Virus record (IMG/VR): IMGVR_UViG_3300007539_000056
Coordinates: 1 to 39,032 of that record
DNA from: a virus
Lineage: Duplodnaviria > Caudoviricetes
Strand: one strand, 5' to 3'
DNA length: 39,032 bases
The notes beneath the pieces were generated by a model, which was given only the letters and a program-made list of their open reading frames with translations, made no database searches and was not told where the DNA came from. Of the stretch, positions 19,701 to 27,098 are shown piece after piece. The stretch's first letter is position 1, and every line of letters starts with the position of its first letter. A program made the translations under genes and the position numbers.

Positions 19701-22700
19701 TGGCTAATTGTGCTATTCCCGGACTAAGAACTGAAATTTGAGAATTTAAGTTGGAAACAAGACCATTATATATTTCTAATTGAGATATTTCTGTTCTGGT
19801 TGCCGTACCCTCATCAACCTTTGCTTGCAGGTTTTCTTGTTTTATTTTAGCATCTAGCAGTTCTAATTGTAAGTTGGCCTTTTTAGCTTTATACTCTTCC
19901 ACTTGGGCTATCTTGGCTTGAACTAGCGCTCGTTCATATTCAGTTGTGGGTTTAGCTATGCCACTAAACAATTCTCTAATTCTTTGTCCAGATATTGTTT
20001 GACCTTGCGCGAACGCATCTTTCTGGGCAATATCTAATGTCTGAAGTGTTTCATTTACGGCAAAACTTAATTGCTCTAGTGCTTGCTGTAGATTTTGCTG
20101 TGCCTTTTGAAAACCCTGCTGATCAAGCTCGGTGAATCCACCCTCGCTTACAATCTTTCCAGCCTCTAGGTCATCAAGTCCGAAAGCTCTATCAGACAAA
20201 TTTGAAGAAGCCAAGAATTGCTGTAGTATTAAAGACGAGCTTTGGGCTTGTTGTCTTGCGAGGGTCGTTAATCCCGATTCGCCCACAGCACTTATTCTAG
20301 CCGAAGCTAACGCTCCTCCTTGTAAGCCCTGAGAAGCAAAATTACTAAACTGTTCTTTAAGACTGTTACTAGCGCTAATAACGGACTCATAAGAATCATA
20401 AAGATTGTTTAATACTGTTATTTGTCTAGCAAGTGCTTGGTCTCGCTGTCTTAATATCTGCTGCTCTTTTTCGCCAAACAGATAGTCGGCAAGCTTGCTA
20501 CCAGCAGCGTAACCAGCAGCACCTCCACCAATGCCGCCCGCAACCGAGCCAGCTCCAAATGTTGCTCCACCCGCCAAGGCTGCTCCGCCAAGTGTTCCAG
20601 CAGTGCTCAGTACACCTATGATCCCCTGACGCATATATGAAATAGTGGATTCGGCAGATTTTGCCTGTAAGTCTACAATACTTTCAGCCTGCTGTATGGC
20701 GCTGGATCTACCGGATGTTGTAGATTTTCCAGATTCAAACTCTTGGTTTTGTGCGTCGGCAGCGCTCTTGGCGGCATCGGCTAGGTTTTGTAATTGCGTT
20801 TTTAAATAATCAAAATATATAAATGTTCCAGCAACAGTAGCTATTGTTGTAGCAAGGCCCAAAAGTCCAAGCCTTACTTTTGTTATACCTTTGAAAAAAT
20901 TCCCTAGTCTCGCGAAAAGTCCGGTTCCGGCAGCTGATCCGGCAGCTGATCCAGTGACTGATCCAGCGGCACTAGCGCCAGAAGAGGCTACCCCAGCCTT
21001 GTTTGCTCGTATTTTATCATATTCGCTAGCAGCCGCCGCCTTGTTTGCAATAGTCTCTTCATTTTCTGATTTTTTATTAAGTTGAAATAATAAGAGCGTA
21101 CTAGTAAGAATATCGACAAATGTTCCAAGCGCAGCAGTAAGGACAGTATAGCGACCAATAACCTCAGTGACGGTTTTTGATTGGGCATCCTCAAGCTCAA
21201 GAAATTGTGTTGCAACAGTCGAAACTGCTCCTGCCAAAAATATCATACTTTGTGAAGCCTGAGCAACACCCTGAATACCCTGAAGCGTTCCGCCAGCCGA
21301 GGCTCGACCACCTTCGTTGAAGCCTTGAACAATACCTCCGCTCGCATAGCCGCGAACACCATGCTTATTCATTCTGTTTAGGTTGCTATAACCAATACTC
21401 TGTGCAGAACTTTTGCTAAAAACAAACTCTCCGGGAGTTAAAAGCGCTGGAACCGTATCAGAACCAGAAATTCCACCGCCTGTAGCCCTTTTCTTAACAT
21501 TATTAGCAAAAGAATTAGAATTATTTATATTCCATCCCGGCCTAACTATCTCAACAGCGCGAGCATTTTTGTTCTCGCCCCTACGCTTAGTGTATTGTGT
21601 TAAAATCTGTTTATCTGTTTGAAATCCACCATTAATACCTAAAGAATCTTGCAGTCTCTTTCTTGCTATTTCTGCTGCAACAATTGCAGTAGATTTTGGC
21701 TTGTATTTATAGTCTGTATTTTTACTATCTAAAGGTCTACTATTATTACCATCAGGTAAAGATCTACGCAATATGGCGGAGGCAACCCTCTCCCACAATG
21801 GCCCTCTCCTGACACCCGCTCCCTTCCCCTGATTCTTAATAAGTGTTGCGGCGTCCACGTTGCGCTTTGAAAGGTTCTGAACCATTTGAGCAGAAATAAT
21901 TGTATCTTTAATAGGTACGGTAATAGTGTCCGATCCGTGAATGTTTGTAAGTCCTCTCTGACCTATTGCTGACTTGACAAGCGGGCCAAGATTAGATATT
22001 TTTTCCTTGGCTTTACCGCCATCAGCGTATCTATTGTTGTTCATTCGGGCTAGATTTCCAACACCAATACTATTAACGCTACTCTTCTTTATTACAAATT
22101 CGCCCGGCGTAAGCATGGCTGGAACTGTATCACTATTTCCTGATCCGGGAACAAGTCCACCACTAGCAAATCTAGAAACAGAGCCTCCAGAGGCCGCCCT
22201 TCTACCAATACCTAAAACGCCACCAACCGCAGGAGCAAGACCCTTGCCAAGCTTTGCAAAAGTAAAAGCCGCTATCAGAGGTAACAACCTCTCCATAGAG
22301 TCTGCAATCTTAATAAAGGCTTCTGCAAGCCTCAATGCCCCAGTAGCAATGGTGTTAAAAGTAGCAGTATCAGAAAATTTACGAATTAGAGCGTCAAACT
22401 GCTCTCTAACTTTTGCGATCTGAACACCAAGACCCTGTTGGGCCTTGATAGCATCACGAGAAACAGAACCAGATGCACTCTGAGCAACGTTAAGAGCGTT
22501 TTGAGCCGTGGCAAACTGTTGAATAAGCGGGATAACCTTACCAACCTGACGGAATCCACCAAGCTCTTCAACTATCTGGCTAAACGTACCACTTCTAGGA
22601 TCTAGCCCGGCAAGCCCTTGAGATAGTCTTTCAACGGCTTTATACGCTCCAACAAAATTACCACTACTGTCTGATAATTCTATGTTTAGCTTTTTAAGCT

Positions 22701-23565
22701 GATCTATAGTCTCGGTTCTTTGAATACGTGTAAAAATGGTACGAAGACCAGTCGCGATAGTTTCGGCACTTTCACGAGTCGTAGCGCGAACGCTGGTGAA
22801 TAAAGCTATGAGTTCGTTAACACTACCCCCAGCGGCAGAAAATACACCACCAACACGACGAATGGCGGTAATAAGGTCTCCAGACTCGACGGCAAAGCTC
22901 TTAGAAACCGAGTTAATGGCATCAAGACTCTTCTCCAAAAAGGCAATATTGCCACCAGACCTTTGAGCCTCTACGCTAAACTGCCTCAAGAGGGCGATAG
23001 CACCTTCTGTGGTTTGCTGAATATTATCAAAAGTAGAACCGAGAGTAGTCTTAGCCAAAATATCTAAAGCTCTTCTTGTGTCAGCCGCCGCAAAACCCGC
23101 CTGAGACAATATCTTAGCCACACCGAGCAACTCGGAAGACGAAGCACCTAAAGATGTAGATAACCTAGTTATCTCTTGTGTTAGCCCCTGAAGGCCAGCC
23201 GTGGTTCTACCGGTAACTTGAGAAATCTTGATAAGCTCTCTTTCAAAATCAACGGCACCTCTCACGGCATTTTTAAAACCGTTTGCTAAAGCTAGCAAAC
23301 TACCAGTAGCAAGCGTAATAACGCTAAATCTTCTAGCAGACTCTTGAAGCGTTCTATTTAAATCATTAACAGATCTTTTAGAAGCTTGAGCGTTTTTATT
23401 CAAAGAACTTAATGCGCTATTAGCCTGAGATAGATTTTTTGCGTTTTGTATCTTAACCTGTACACCGATTGGCTTTAACTGCTTACGGATCTGATTAATT
23501 ACTTGGTTTGTGTTGGTAGGTGCCTGAAGCTGTAACTGCGCCGTTAAGTTGAATTGTTGTGCCAT
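13762..23565 (-). CDS. Tape measure protein (TP901-like core) with inserted cargo domains
   Basis: 3267 aa. N-terminal TP901-type core (FERELIKISQVTG, INSVSKSFAVESGDLITAIRRVG, TTRESAETIATGLRTIFTRI), hydrophobic and Gly-zipper segments, long coiled coils, four DxxPAMLxxGE[FY]V motifs. Follows the tube and chaperone genes; RBS GGAG. Confidence 0.92.
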   Translation of the reverse strand: MAQQFNLTAQLQLQAPTNTNQVINQIRKQLKPIGVQVKIQNAKNLSQANSALSSLNKNAQASKRSVNDLNRTLQESARRFSVITLATGSLLALANGFKNAVRGAVDFERELIKISQVTGRTTAGLQGLTQEITRLSTSLGASSSELLGVAKILSQAGFAAADTRRALDILAKTTLGSTFDNIQQTTEGAIALLRQFSVEAQRSGGNIAFLEKSLDAINSVSKSFAVESGDLITAIRRVGGVFSAAGGSVNELIALFTSVRATTRESAETIATGLRTIFTRIQRTETIDQLKKLNIELSDSSGNFVGAYKAVERLSQGLAGLDPRSGTFSQIVEELGGFRQVGKVIPLIQQFATAQNALNVAQSASGSVSRDAIKAQQGLGVQIAKVREQFDALIRKFSDTATFNTIATGALRLAEAFIKIADSMERLLPLIAAFTFAKLGKGLAPAVGGVLGIGRRAASGGSVSRFASGGLVPGSGNSDTVPAMLTPGEFVIKKSSVNSIGVGNLARMNNNRYADGGKAKEKISNLGPLVKSAIGQRGLTNIHGSDTITVPIKDTIISAQMVQNLSKRNVDAATLIKNQGKGAGVRRGPLWERVASAILRRSLPDGNNSRPLDSKNTDYKYKPKSTAIVAAEIARKRLQDSLGINGGFQTDKQILTQYTKRRGENKNARAVEIVRPGWNINNSNSFANNVKKRATGGGISGSDTVPALLTPGEFVFSKSSAQSIGYSNLNRMNKHGVRGYASGGIVQGFNEGGRASAGGTLQGIQGVAQASQSMIFLAGAVSTVATQFLELEDAQSKTVTEVIGRYTVLTAALGTFVDILTSTLLLFQLNKKSENEETIANKAAAASEYDKIRANKAGVASSGASAAGSVTGSAAGSAAGTGLFARLGNFFKGITKVRLGLLGLATTIATVAGTFIYFDYLKTQLQNLADAAKSAADAQNQEFESGKSTTSGRSSAIQQAESIVDLQAKSAESTISYMRQGIIGVLSTAGTLGGAALAGGATFGAGSVAGGIGGGAAGYAAGSKLADYLFGEKEQQILRQRDQALARQITVLNNLYDSYESVISASNSLKEQFSNFASQGLQGGALASARISAVGESGLTTLARQQAQSSSLILQQFLASSNLSDRAFGLDDLEAGKIVSEGGFTELDQQGFQKAQQNLQQALEQLSFAVNETLQTLDIAQKDAFAQGQTISGQRIRELFSGIAKPTTEYERALVQAKIAQVEEYKAKKANLQLELLDAKIKQENLQAKVDEGTATRTEISQLEIYNGLVSNLNSQISVLSPGIAQLANNTEIANKVVIAENRSRIAALRAQQQYAAKVIQTARVMQSFQEEIQGLDLQGQLFDNLKTARGGGLVRGNVVKLTESDISKIANPARFASELARIVAGAQDARVTSAGREALQVVEILQNAQKFLLGKEFTGTNNEVDAKNLLIQLGIDKLVSPDQLKALVDEIVKVAADGLDPQEFSQLFAKLFEGAQQQVDGVVKAATEKSEKFLDNYNKYLDNLIEKQDREVKARERFVDALDQFDDIRNRLTQQVARDRGVDIAPDIGRSRFIREQAEARANLRTRGLDPNFAGNVQALGAARRFLESRRDDLTAKLNQQRTQEEQRKTAEELAKTQMRLDGVNKELERLRTSTTGIDMLFNAMDRNSQLIDKERSKRETLLGVLEEAVTGGAEGRQNLYRNQAMATRAIQTGTLQGFAPEDQKQIVTFLRSLGDEIPVAFGKSGKQLADELIARDVFRDPFINPAFKQALASTITSEEKLIQANLSLAEKIDKLADIMVAANNPAIAGGFSKGGAVYRATGGAIGSIFKPKGTDTIPAMLSEGEYVLRKSAVDKYGTQTLDNMNKGKGFVSGPGMTKGGGGSSLSQYFNEGSEGPVTLKDLPPDLRDFFSKKGMSGAKLLDNYLRALNDENAQIYSAADKTTQVQNVAGYAMPVIGNLLNSVLFSARSLTEGDPAGDKMYGAIEQFAFGLLGRAIGKATGTKAMGDTLTAGQTFNRGLLAGELLQKRFMEALAQGNRGSLETVAAPGGKQIVQGLGAGMDAAKKLIDDVSAGGLKAISSRLKTGGPKFKEITDSQYLKQYKPDISAPASKMIDDFINHFNKNSSYNSKTTSARTLGFYNRADGAMQIYPEVIKRGGYSLEETIMHEKLHAISHLTSLLTDAGHKITPDALGAISKGMNVPVTGVRNMVSSTRFSGTAASTTKPEFAMLRFLEEYKVAQGLRGAGISRPLMGSSFSRGKEFSELMFELSKSNPQEFSRLQKILTKELGQKFSKSDFFSKKGAGFGDKGVGSFLKFAQGGGLNPVKPQQIDQALYSLKGLSKGESIGRGLSGANTPEEVAAYLKLLGPKATEAADLVKSGAIGKEEILRFLGQGGKAIVGAGKSVGRTFGSPIKDLGAAGAYGARQLKTESSDMLKLFTDENLAKMLGRGIAQFNQSKGAIGGGILSSVMKPILDSASEIAIAGFMNDDGTLNQERYNEYMEGKQASSMLNLVGENPKVKARIEELREFVRKNPGVMSREGKQLTQLGQKEVVDRISKTGGIFRYIEQGGSADQFGAGIFGTGIFATTEAAFLGLFENILGSDTQIIGTEYAPKRAKDLDLSNIQNDNQVRKIQSLMSMFGGNSLDSNTSGYSVSAAEEANISDRLLDLVISEAINNSAMEANKKQMELQAQAMSAASEAEEQRNAQQKLISDRTALDAKDWTKEELLSSEKTDASIAFQRFKTYSKLGATKQKAYGGYKSGIGDRFSYRDKNLYIQDYEISKKPLFDVIARVPKKSPNISDEQFFELLNTYKGGSTYKEALRGLSEFTINDIIGDIADLYLDPARNIPTSGFQSAAFDALSYWAGAGDSEPRKRINKLFSGSYGYQRWGSSWPRSVFNGLSTNDAGNGLMHFISYYGDKVSLESNNLPSKARDFAAFLYNNKGKGSIPESDKHPLYFAHGGKVPLYLNKGGAGDNVPAMLTAGEYVMNKQAVSKYGIDTMDRMNKGQISAFSRGGSVGSGVRYYAKGDFVEGPDGLIYRQAVDDDERFKDSHVYHFGKYMRAGRPDLAVRYALNSGLYVGGVTRDVFERYFKNRNQDVPAVAPFDLGGPQGGGAQGGGGGQGGGGGQGGGGGQGGGGGQGGGGNGAANPAIVQLNQTVTDLKTTVQTLSTNVQTLATSFGPNGAAVMEFQKFANATDVLRQTVDKLVQPTANLSTGLRQLSTAIKDGLSIELEVAPIEIKGNLTLEGNVIDGLSRGVGEFLMREDGPLFKAIDAAVSRRFDQGAG
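14192..14281. repeat. 18-bp tandem repeat (5 copies) encoding a (QGGGGG)n linker in the TMP
   Basis: Unit CCGCCACCACCTTGTCCT: three identical copies, two variant copies, then a degenerate partial copy to ~14302. Confidence 0.95.
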
Positions 23566-23581
23566 CTTTTCTCCAGTCTAG

Positions 23582-23607
23582 AAAACAGGGGGGAGCGTCT
23601 CCCCCCT
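23582..23607 (-). terminator. GC-rich hairpin, putative intrinsic terminator/attenuator upstream of the TMP
   Basis: Perfect 9-bp stem 23587-23595/23599-23607. Minus strand reads AGGGGGGAG-ACG-CTCCCCCCT followed by GTTTT. The U-tract is short. Confidence 0.6.
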
Positions 23608-23625
23608 TACCACTCATAAAGACCT

Positions 23626-23632
23626 ATACACA
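23626..23632 (-). promoter_or_regulatory. TGTGTAT motif, putative late promoter element
   Basis: AAATGTGTATAGG immediately after the 311-aa stop, upstream of the TMP. Confidence 0.45.
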
Positions 23633-23633
23633 T

Positions 23634-24569
23634 TTAAGTTGTAGTAGTGTCCTTTTTTGTAGCCTTGGTCTTTCTAGTTTTTGAAGCCGGTTTAGAATGT
23701 TCTTTTGCAGACGCTTCTTCCTTGATGATTGGCTTGTCAGAATCGTCTAAAAATGGTTTACGTTCAGCAATAGAAGCCTTAACCCATTCACCATCTACCT
23801 CAACAACCTCTTCGCCATTTCTATTTACATAGTAAGCATTTTCTCGATTTTGATAGTCTTCATCGTTCTTATATGCCACATACCTACCTTCTTCGTTTGT
23901 AAGCCTACCCTCAGAATCAATAGTGTGACCATCTTCATTAACAAAGGCTAAATCATCATTAACAAAATCAAACTCTTTAAGAAATTTATTTTCTACTAGA
24001 TTGTTTTCATACTCTGGGTCTAAACCATAAAGAAGATTACCCAACTTTTCAGCAGCAGAAACAACCCAAGGCTGAGTAGATTGAGCTTCATAATCTTTCT
24101 CGTTTTGAAAATATCTAGTGTTGTTTTCTGGATTTAAGGCACAAAGACGAACAAGTGCTGCGAATCTCGCGTTGTCGGCCTGACCCTCTGCGGAAGCCGC
24201 ATCTAAGGCGTTTCTCTCCGCAATGAGGTCTCTAAACTCTGCACGCTTAACCCTTAGCTGTACAGCTATATCTTTAGCTTCTGAGAGTCTAATACCTCCA
24301 CCCTTTAGAGAGTCTTCCATGCTGGAAATCTCATCCATTTTTTTGTCGTATTGTTTTTGCTTATCTTCATCCCACAAGCCTTGGTTAGTCATGTACTCTG
24401 TAAGCCTTTGCCTGAGTAAGGCTCCAGAATCAAGAGCTTCCCTAAAAGCCTTATTGTAGGCCACTTGAGACTCTTTAAATTCAGAAGCTCCGGGGATCTT
24501 AACCAGAACCTTTACTTCGTTTCCGTCGTTGTCCAGTCCGACTACTATGTTATCATTCTTATCCGTCAT
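23634..24569 (-). CDS. Putative tail assembly chaperone
   Basis: 311 aa, acidic and helical, immediately upstream of the TMP; RBS AGGAG. Paralogous to the 347-aa protein (LW...LDxxSxEGxAxxAR). Confidence 0.55.
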   Translation of the reverse strand: MTDKNDNIVVGLDNDGNEVKVLVKIPGASEFKESQVAYNKAFREALDSGALLRQRLTEYMTNQGLWDEDKQKQYDKKMDEISSMEDSLKGGGIRLSEAKDIAVQLRVKRAEFRDLIAERNALDAASAEGQADNARFAALVRLCALNPENNTRYFQNEKDYEAQSTQPWVVSAAEKLGNLLYGLDPEYENNLVENKFLKEFDFVNDDLAFVNEDGHTIDSEGRLTNEEGRYVAYKNDEDYQNRENAYYVNRNGEEVVEVDGEWVKASIAERKPFLDDSDKPIIKEEASAKEHSKPASKTRKTKATKKDTTTT

Positions 24570-24927
24570 TTTCTTCTCCTGACTTATTGATGGGTAACTT
24601 GATATAAAACTTCTTTCTTGTTATTTCGTATTTTACAAAATCAGACTCTAGAGAATCCATCTGAGCGTTTCCTCTATCTAATATCTTTGATCTAGCCTTT
24701 TCATAAACAGACTTCATGTATTTTTGTTCTTCTGTTATCTCTTGTTCTGGCTGCCCAAAACCCCACAAAAAACCAAAATATTCTTCAAGAGTAGATAAAG
24801 ACCCAATCATGGTTGTCTGTATTCTCTTTACCGATTTTTGGTAGAGTTCGTTGTGAGCCACCTCTTTATATCTATCTTCTCTAGCCTGTTTATAGTCTAG
24901 AGATCTTTTCAAAAAATCATTATCCAT
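24559..24927 (-). CDS. Hypothetical helical protein in the tail chaperone cluster
   Basis: 122 aa, RBS AGGAAG, coupled to both neighbours. Confidence 0.7.
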   Translation of the reverse strand: MDNDFLKRSLDYKQAREDRYKEVAHNELYQKSVKRIQTTMIGSLSTLEEYFGFLWGFGQPEQEITEEQKYMKSVYEKARSKILDRGNAQMDSLESDFVKYEITRKKFYIKLPINKSGEENDG

Positions 24928-24928
24928 A

Positions 24929-25972
24929 TTATCTTCCTTTTATATGCCTTACTGACTCTTGTCTAGATTGCATCAATATATCTCGCTTGACATCTGCAAA
25001 ATCTGTAGTTTTTACAACTCCATCTCTTTCTATATGATCATTTCTTGACTTAACAATATTTTTTGCATGAGAGGTATTCATATCATTAATATTTTTTGCC
25101 GTATCTGTATCTTGAGCCATTAAGAATACCTCTTGAGAGTTTGCTATTTTTGGATTTTTAATCATAGACTCAAGCTGTTTCTTTTTCTTTTCCGATTCAT
25201 GCTTTCTATTTTCATGTATAAACCATCCGTCTAAACAATCATCATCCTTTATTACCTTTTCCGAAGGTCGCTCTGGACTTTCATAAACATTATCATACAT
25301 AGCGGAAAAACTACATAATGCAGACTGATCTCTAGTTAAGGAGTAAGAGTAATCGCCAAATAAGTTATTGCCCTTTTTTGCTAAAGACCACATGGGCCTA
25401 AAAGAATCAGACCTTGCAATAGCTCGTAAATATTGTGCTGGTATTAAATTAGAATTGTAAAACGATAGCAAGGAATAAAGAGAGTATTGTGGGTTTTTTT
25501 GAGGTTTGCGATCTTTGTCTAGTATTGTTTTAGATATAACCCATATAGATCTAGCAAACTCTGCTGCGCCCTCGCAAGATATGTGGTCCAATTGGACGAA
25601 TTTACCCTTTACTTTTTCATATGTTCTTTCCATGTATCTTATATTAGCCTTTATGCCAGAAAGCTTTTTTTGGTCTAAGAAATTTTGAAACGCTTCAACT
25701 TTTAAATCATCAATCTGATCTTTAATTTTGTCAGCCTCTTTATCATCTAGAGGAGACCATAAATCATTTTCAAAAAGTATTTCTTTAAGTTCTTTTTTTA
25801 TATATAGTCCTCTAAAGTAAGACTCTTCATAGGTCTGATTGTAAACCTCGTAAGATTCTTCTATTATATCGGTAGAGGGTTCATATATATACAGAACAGG
25901 ATCGAATCGCGGAATACGCAACCGACCCTGTATTATTCTGTATAATAATTTATTAATCTTAACCTGATCCAT
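24929..25972 (-). CDS. Putative tail assembly chaperone (longer paralog)
   Basis: 347 aa, directly after the tail tube gene. Shares its N-terminal domain with the 311-aa protein and has a different C-terminal part (MYDNVYES..DDDCLDGWF). Confidence 0.5.
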   Translation of the reverse strand: MDQVKINKLLYRIIQGRLRIPRFDPVLYIYEPSTDIIEESYEVYNQTYEESYFRGLYIKKELKEILFENDLWSPLDDKEADKIKDQIDDLKVEAFQNFLDQKKLSGIKANIRYMERTYEKVKGKFVQLDHISCEGAAEFARSIWVISKTILDKDRKPQKNPQYSLYSLLSFYNSNLIPAQYLRAIARSDSFRPMWSLAKKGNNLFGDYSYSLTRDQSALCSFSAMYDNVYESPERPSEKVIKDDDCLDGWFIHENRKHESEKKKKQLESMIKNPKIANSQEVFLMAQDTDTAKNINDMNTSHAKNIVKSRNDHIERDGVVKTTDFADVKRDILMQSRQESVRHIKGR

Positions 25973-26004
25973 CCTAATTCCGTTAATCTTATTTTAAACA
26001 GATC

Positions 26005-27039
26005 TTACAAAGATCCGCCATCTACAGTCATCTCATTAAAGTTACTATATGAGTAAGTAATAGTCGCGTTTCCGCCGCCAGTGTCGCCACCAGAATAGCT
26101 AACGCTCGAAAGCTTATTCTTAGCCCCAAGATTAATCACAGTTCCAGCAGTATCTTTAATGATAATGGTTCTGTTTTGTAGGTTTGGAGCGTTTCCAGAA
26201 ACGTTTACCAAATCGCCATTGGTTGCCATAACTTCAAAATCGCAAGTAACCTCAATTGGAAAACTAGCGTATCTTGTGTATGGTCCAAAACGTCCCAATT
26301 CCTGAATCGACTCTTGACCAAAGTCGGTTGAAACAGAAATACTTTGGAGGTGGAAACTTCCGCCAAGACCAACTGGGTCATCACCAACCTGAGACTTAAC
26401 TTCTAGCGGAAGTCCGCCAGCAGCATCCATACCTTCAACGTCAACATTAACCCTTCTAACAACACCCGACTTTGGGGCGTCGTCGCCATCAATTGGCGCA
26501 GAGCCAGTACCAACGATATTGGAATTCCAGACATCTTCTGGTGCGTTAGCTATAACGCCAGCAGTTGTACCATTCCAGAATCTATCGTTGCCGACGCAAG
26601 TAACAGACTCTGTAGCACTTCCGTCAACACTGTAGCTATAAGAAACAGAACTAACATATGTTCCAGAATTGTAACAAACGTTTCTTGGAATACCTGTTGC
26701 CTGACTTAAACCGTCATCAAAAACAGCGACATAAATATCGGATCTGGTTTTTGAAGCTGCAACAAGGTCGGTTTTACATGCACCCTGAGTAACGTGATCA
26801 TAAAGCAATTTATAGCCGTCGATTACCTTTTCCATAGTAACCTCTAGGTCGGCAACATTCTCGATGTTTTCATAAATTTCGATTTGACCCAACTCAAAAA
26901 CCTGCTCAAGAGAGAAGGTACTAGACATACCAACGCTCTGCATACCGTGTACAACGTTATTATTGCTGAGGGTGGCAGCACCGTGTTCAGCAATAGCAAC
27001 AGCCTGACACGCATAAAATATTCTTTGCTGAGTAGCCAT
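26005..27039 (-). CDS. Major tail tube protein (tandem-duplicated tube domain)
   Basis: 344 aa, strong RBS AGGAG, own promoter-like motif. Lies between the terminator-like and chaperone genes. Beta-rich, with the repeat QSVGMSSTFSLEQVFELGQ / QSISVSTDFGQESIQELGR. Confidence 0.75.
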   Translation of the reverse strand: MATQQRIFYACQAVAIAEHGAATLSNNNVVHGMQSVGMSSTFSLEQVFELGQIEIYENIENVADLEVTMEKVIDGYKLLYDHVTQGACKTDLVAASKTRSDIYVAVFDDGLSQATGIPRNVCYNSGTYVSSVSYSYSVDGSATESVTCVGNDRFWNGTTAGVIANAPEDVWNSNIVGTGSAPIDGDDAPKSGVVRRVNVDVEGMDAAGGLPLEVKSQVGDDPVGLGGSFHLQSISVSTDFGQESIQELGRFGPYTRYASFPIEVTCDFEVMATNGDLVNVSGNAPNLQNRTIIIKDTAGTVINLGAKNKLSSVSYSGGDTGGGNATITYSYSNFNEMTVDGGSL

Positions 27040-27081
27040 TGTTATCTCCTAAAAAAATCTCTGGTAAAGATCTGTTATATA

Positions 27082-27088
27082 ATACACA
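27082..27088 (-). promoter_or_regulatory. TGTGTAT motif, putative late promoter of the tail tube gene
   Basis: TTTTGTGTATTATATAACAGAT, ~43 nt upstream of the tube ATG. Confidence 0.6.
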
Positions 27089-27098
27089 AAATTTTAAA

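Noticed and set aside
23614-23658. In-frame A_AAA_AAG slippery heptamer (23658-23652, minus) at the end of the chaperone gene just before the TMP
   Set aside because: The -1 frame stops after 12 codons (TGA at 23614-23616), the +1 frame also closes quickly, and the hairpin is ~45 nt away. No GT-like extension or TMP fusion results.
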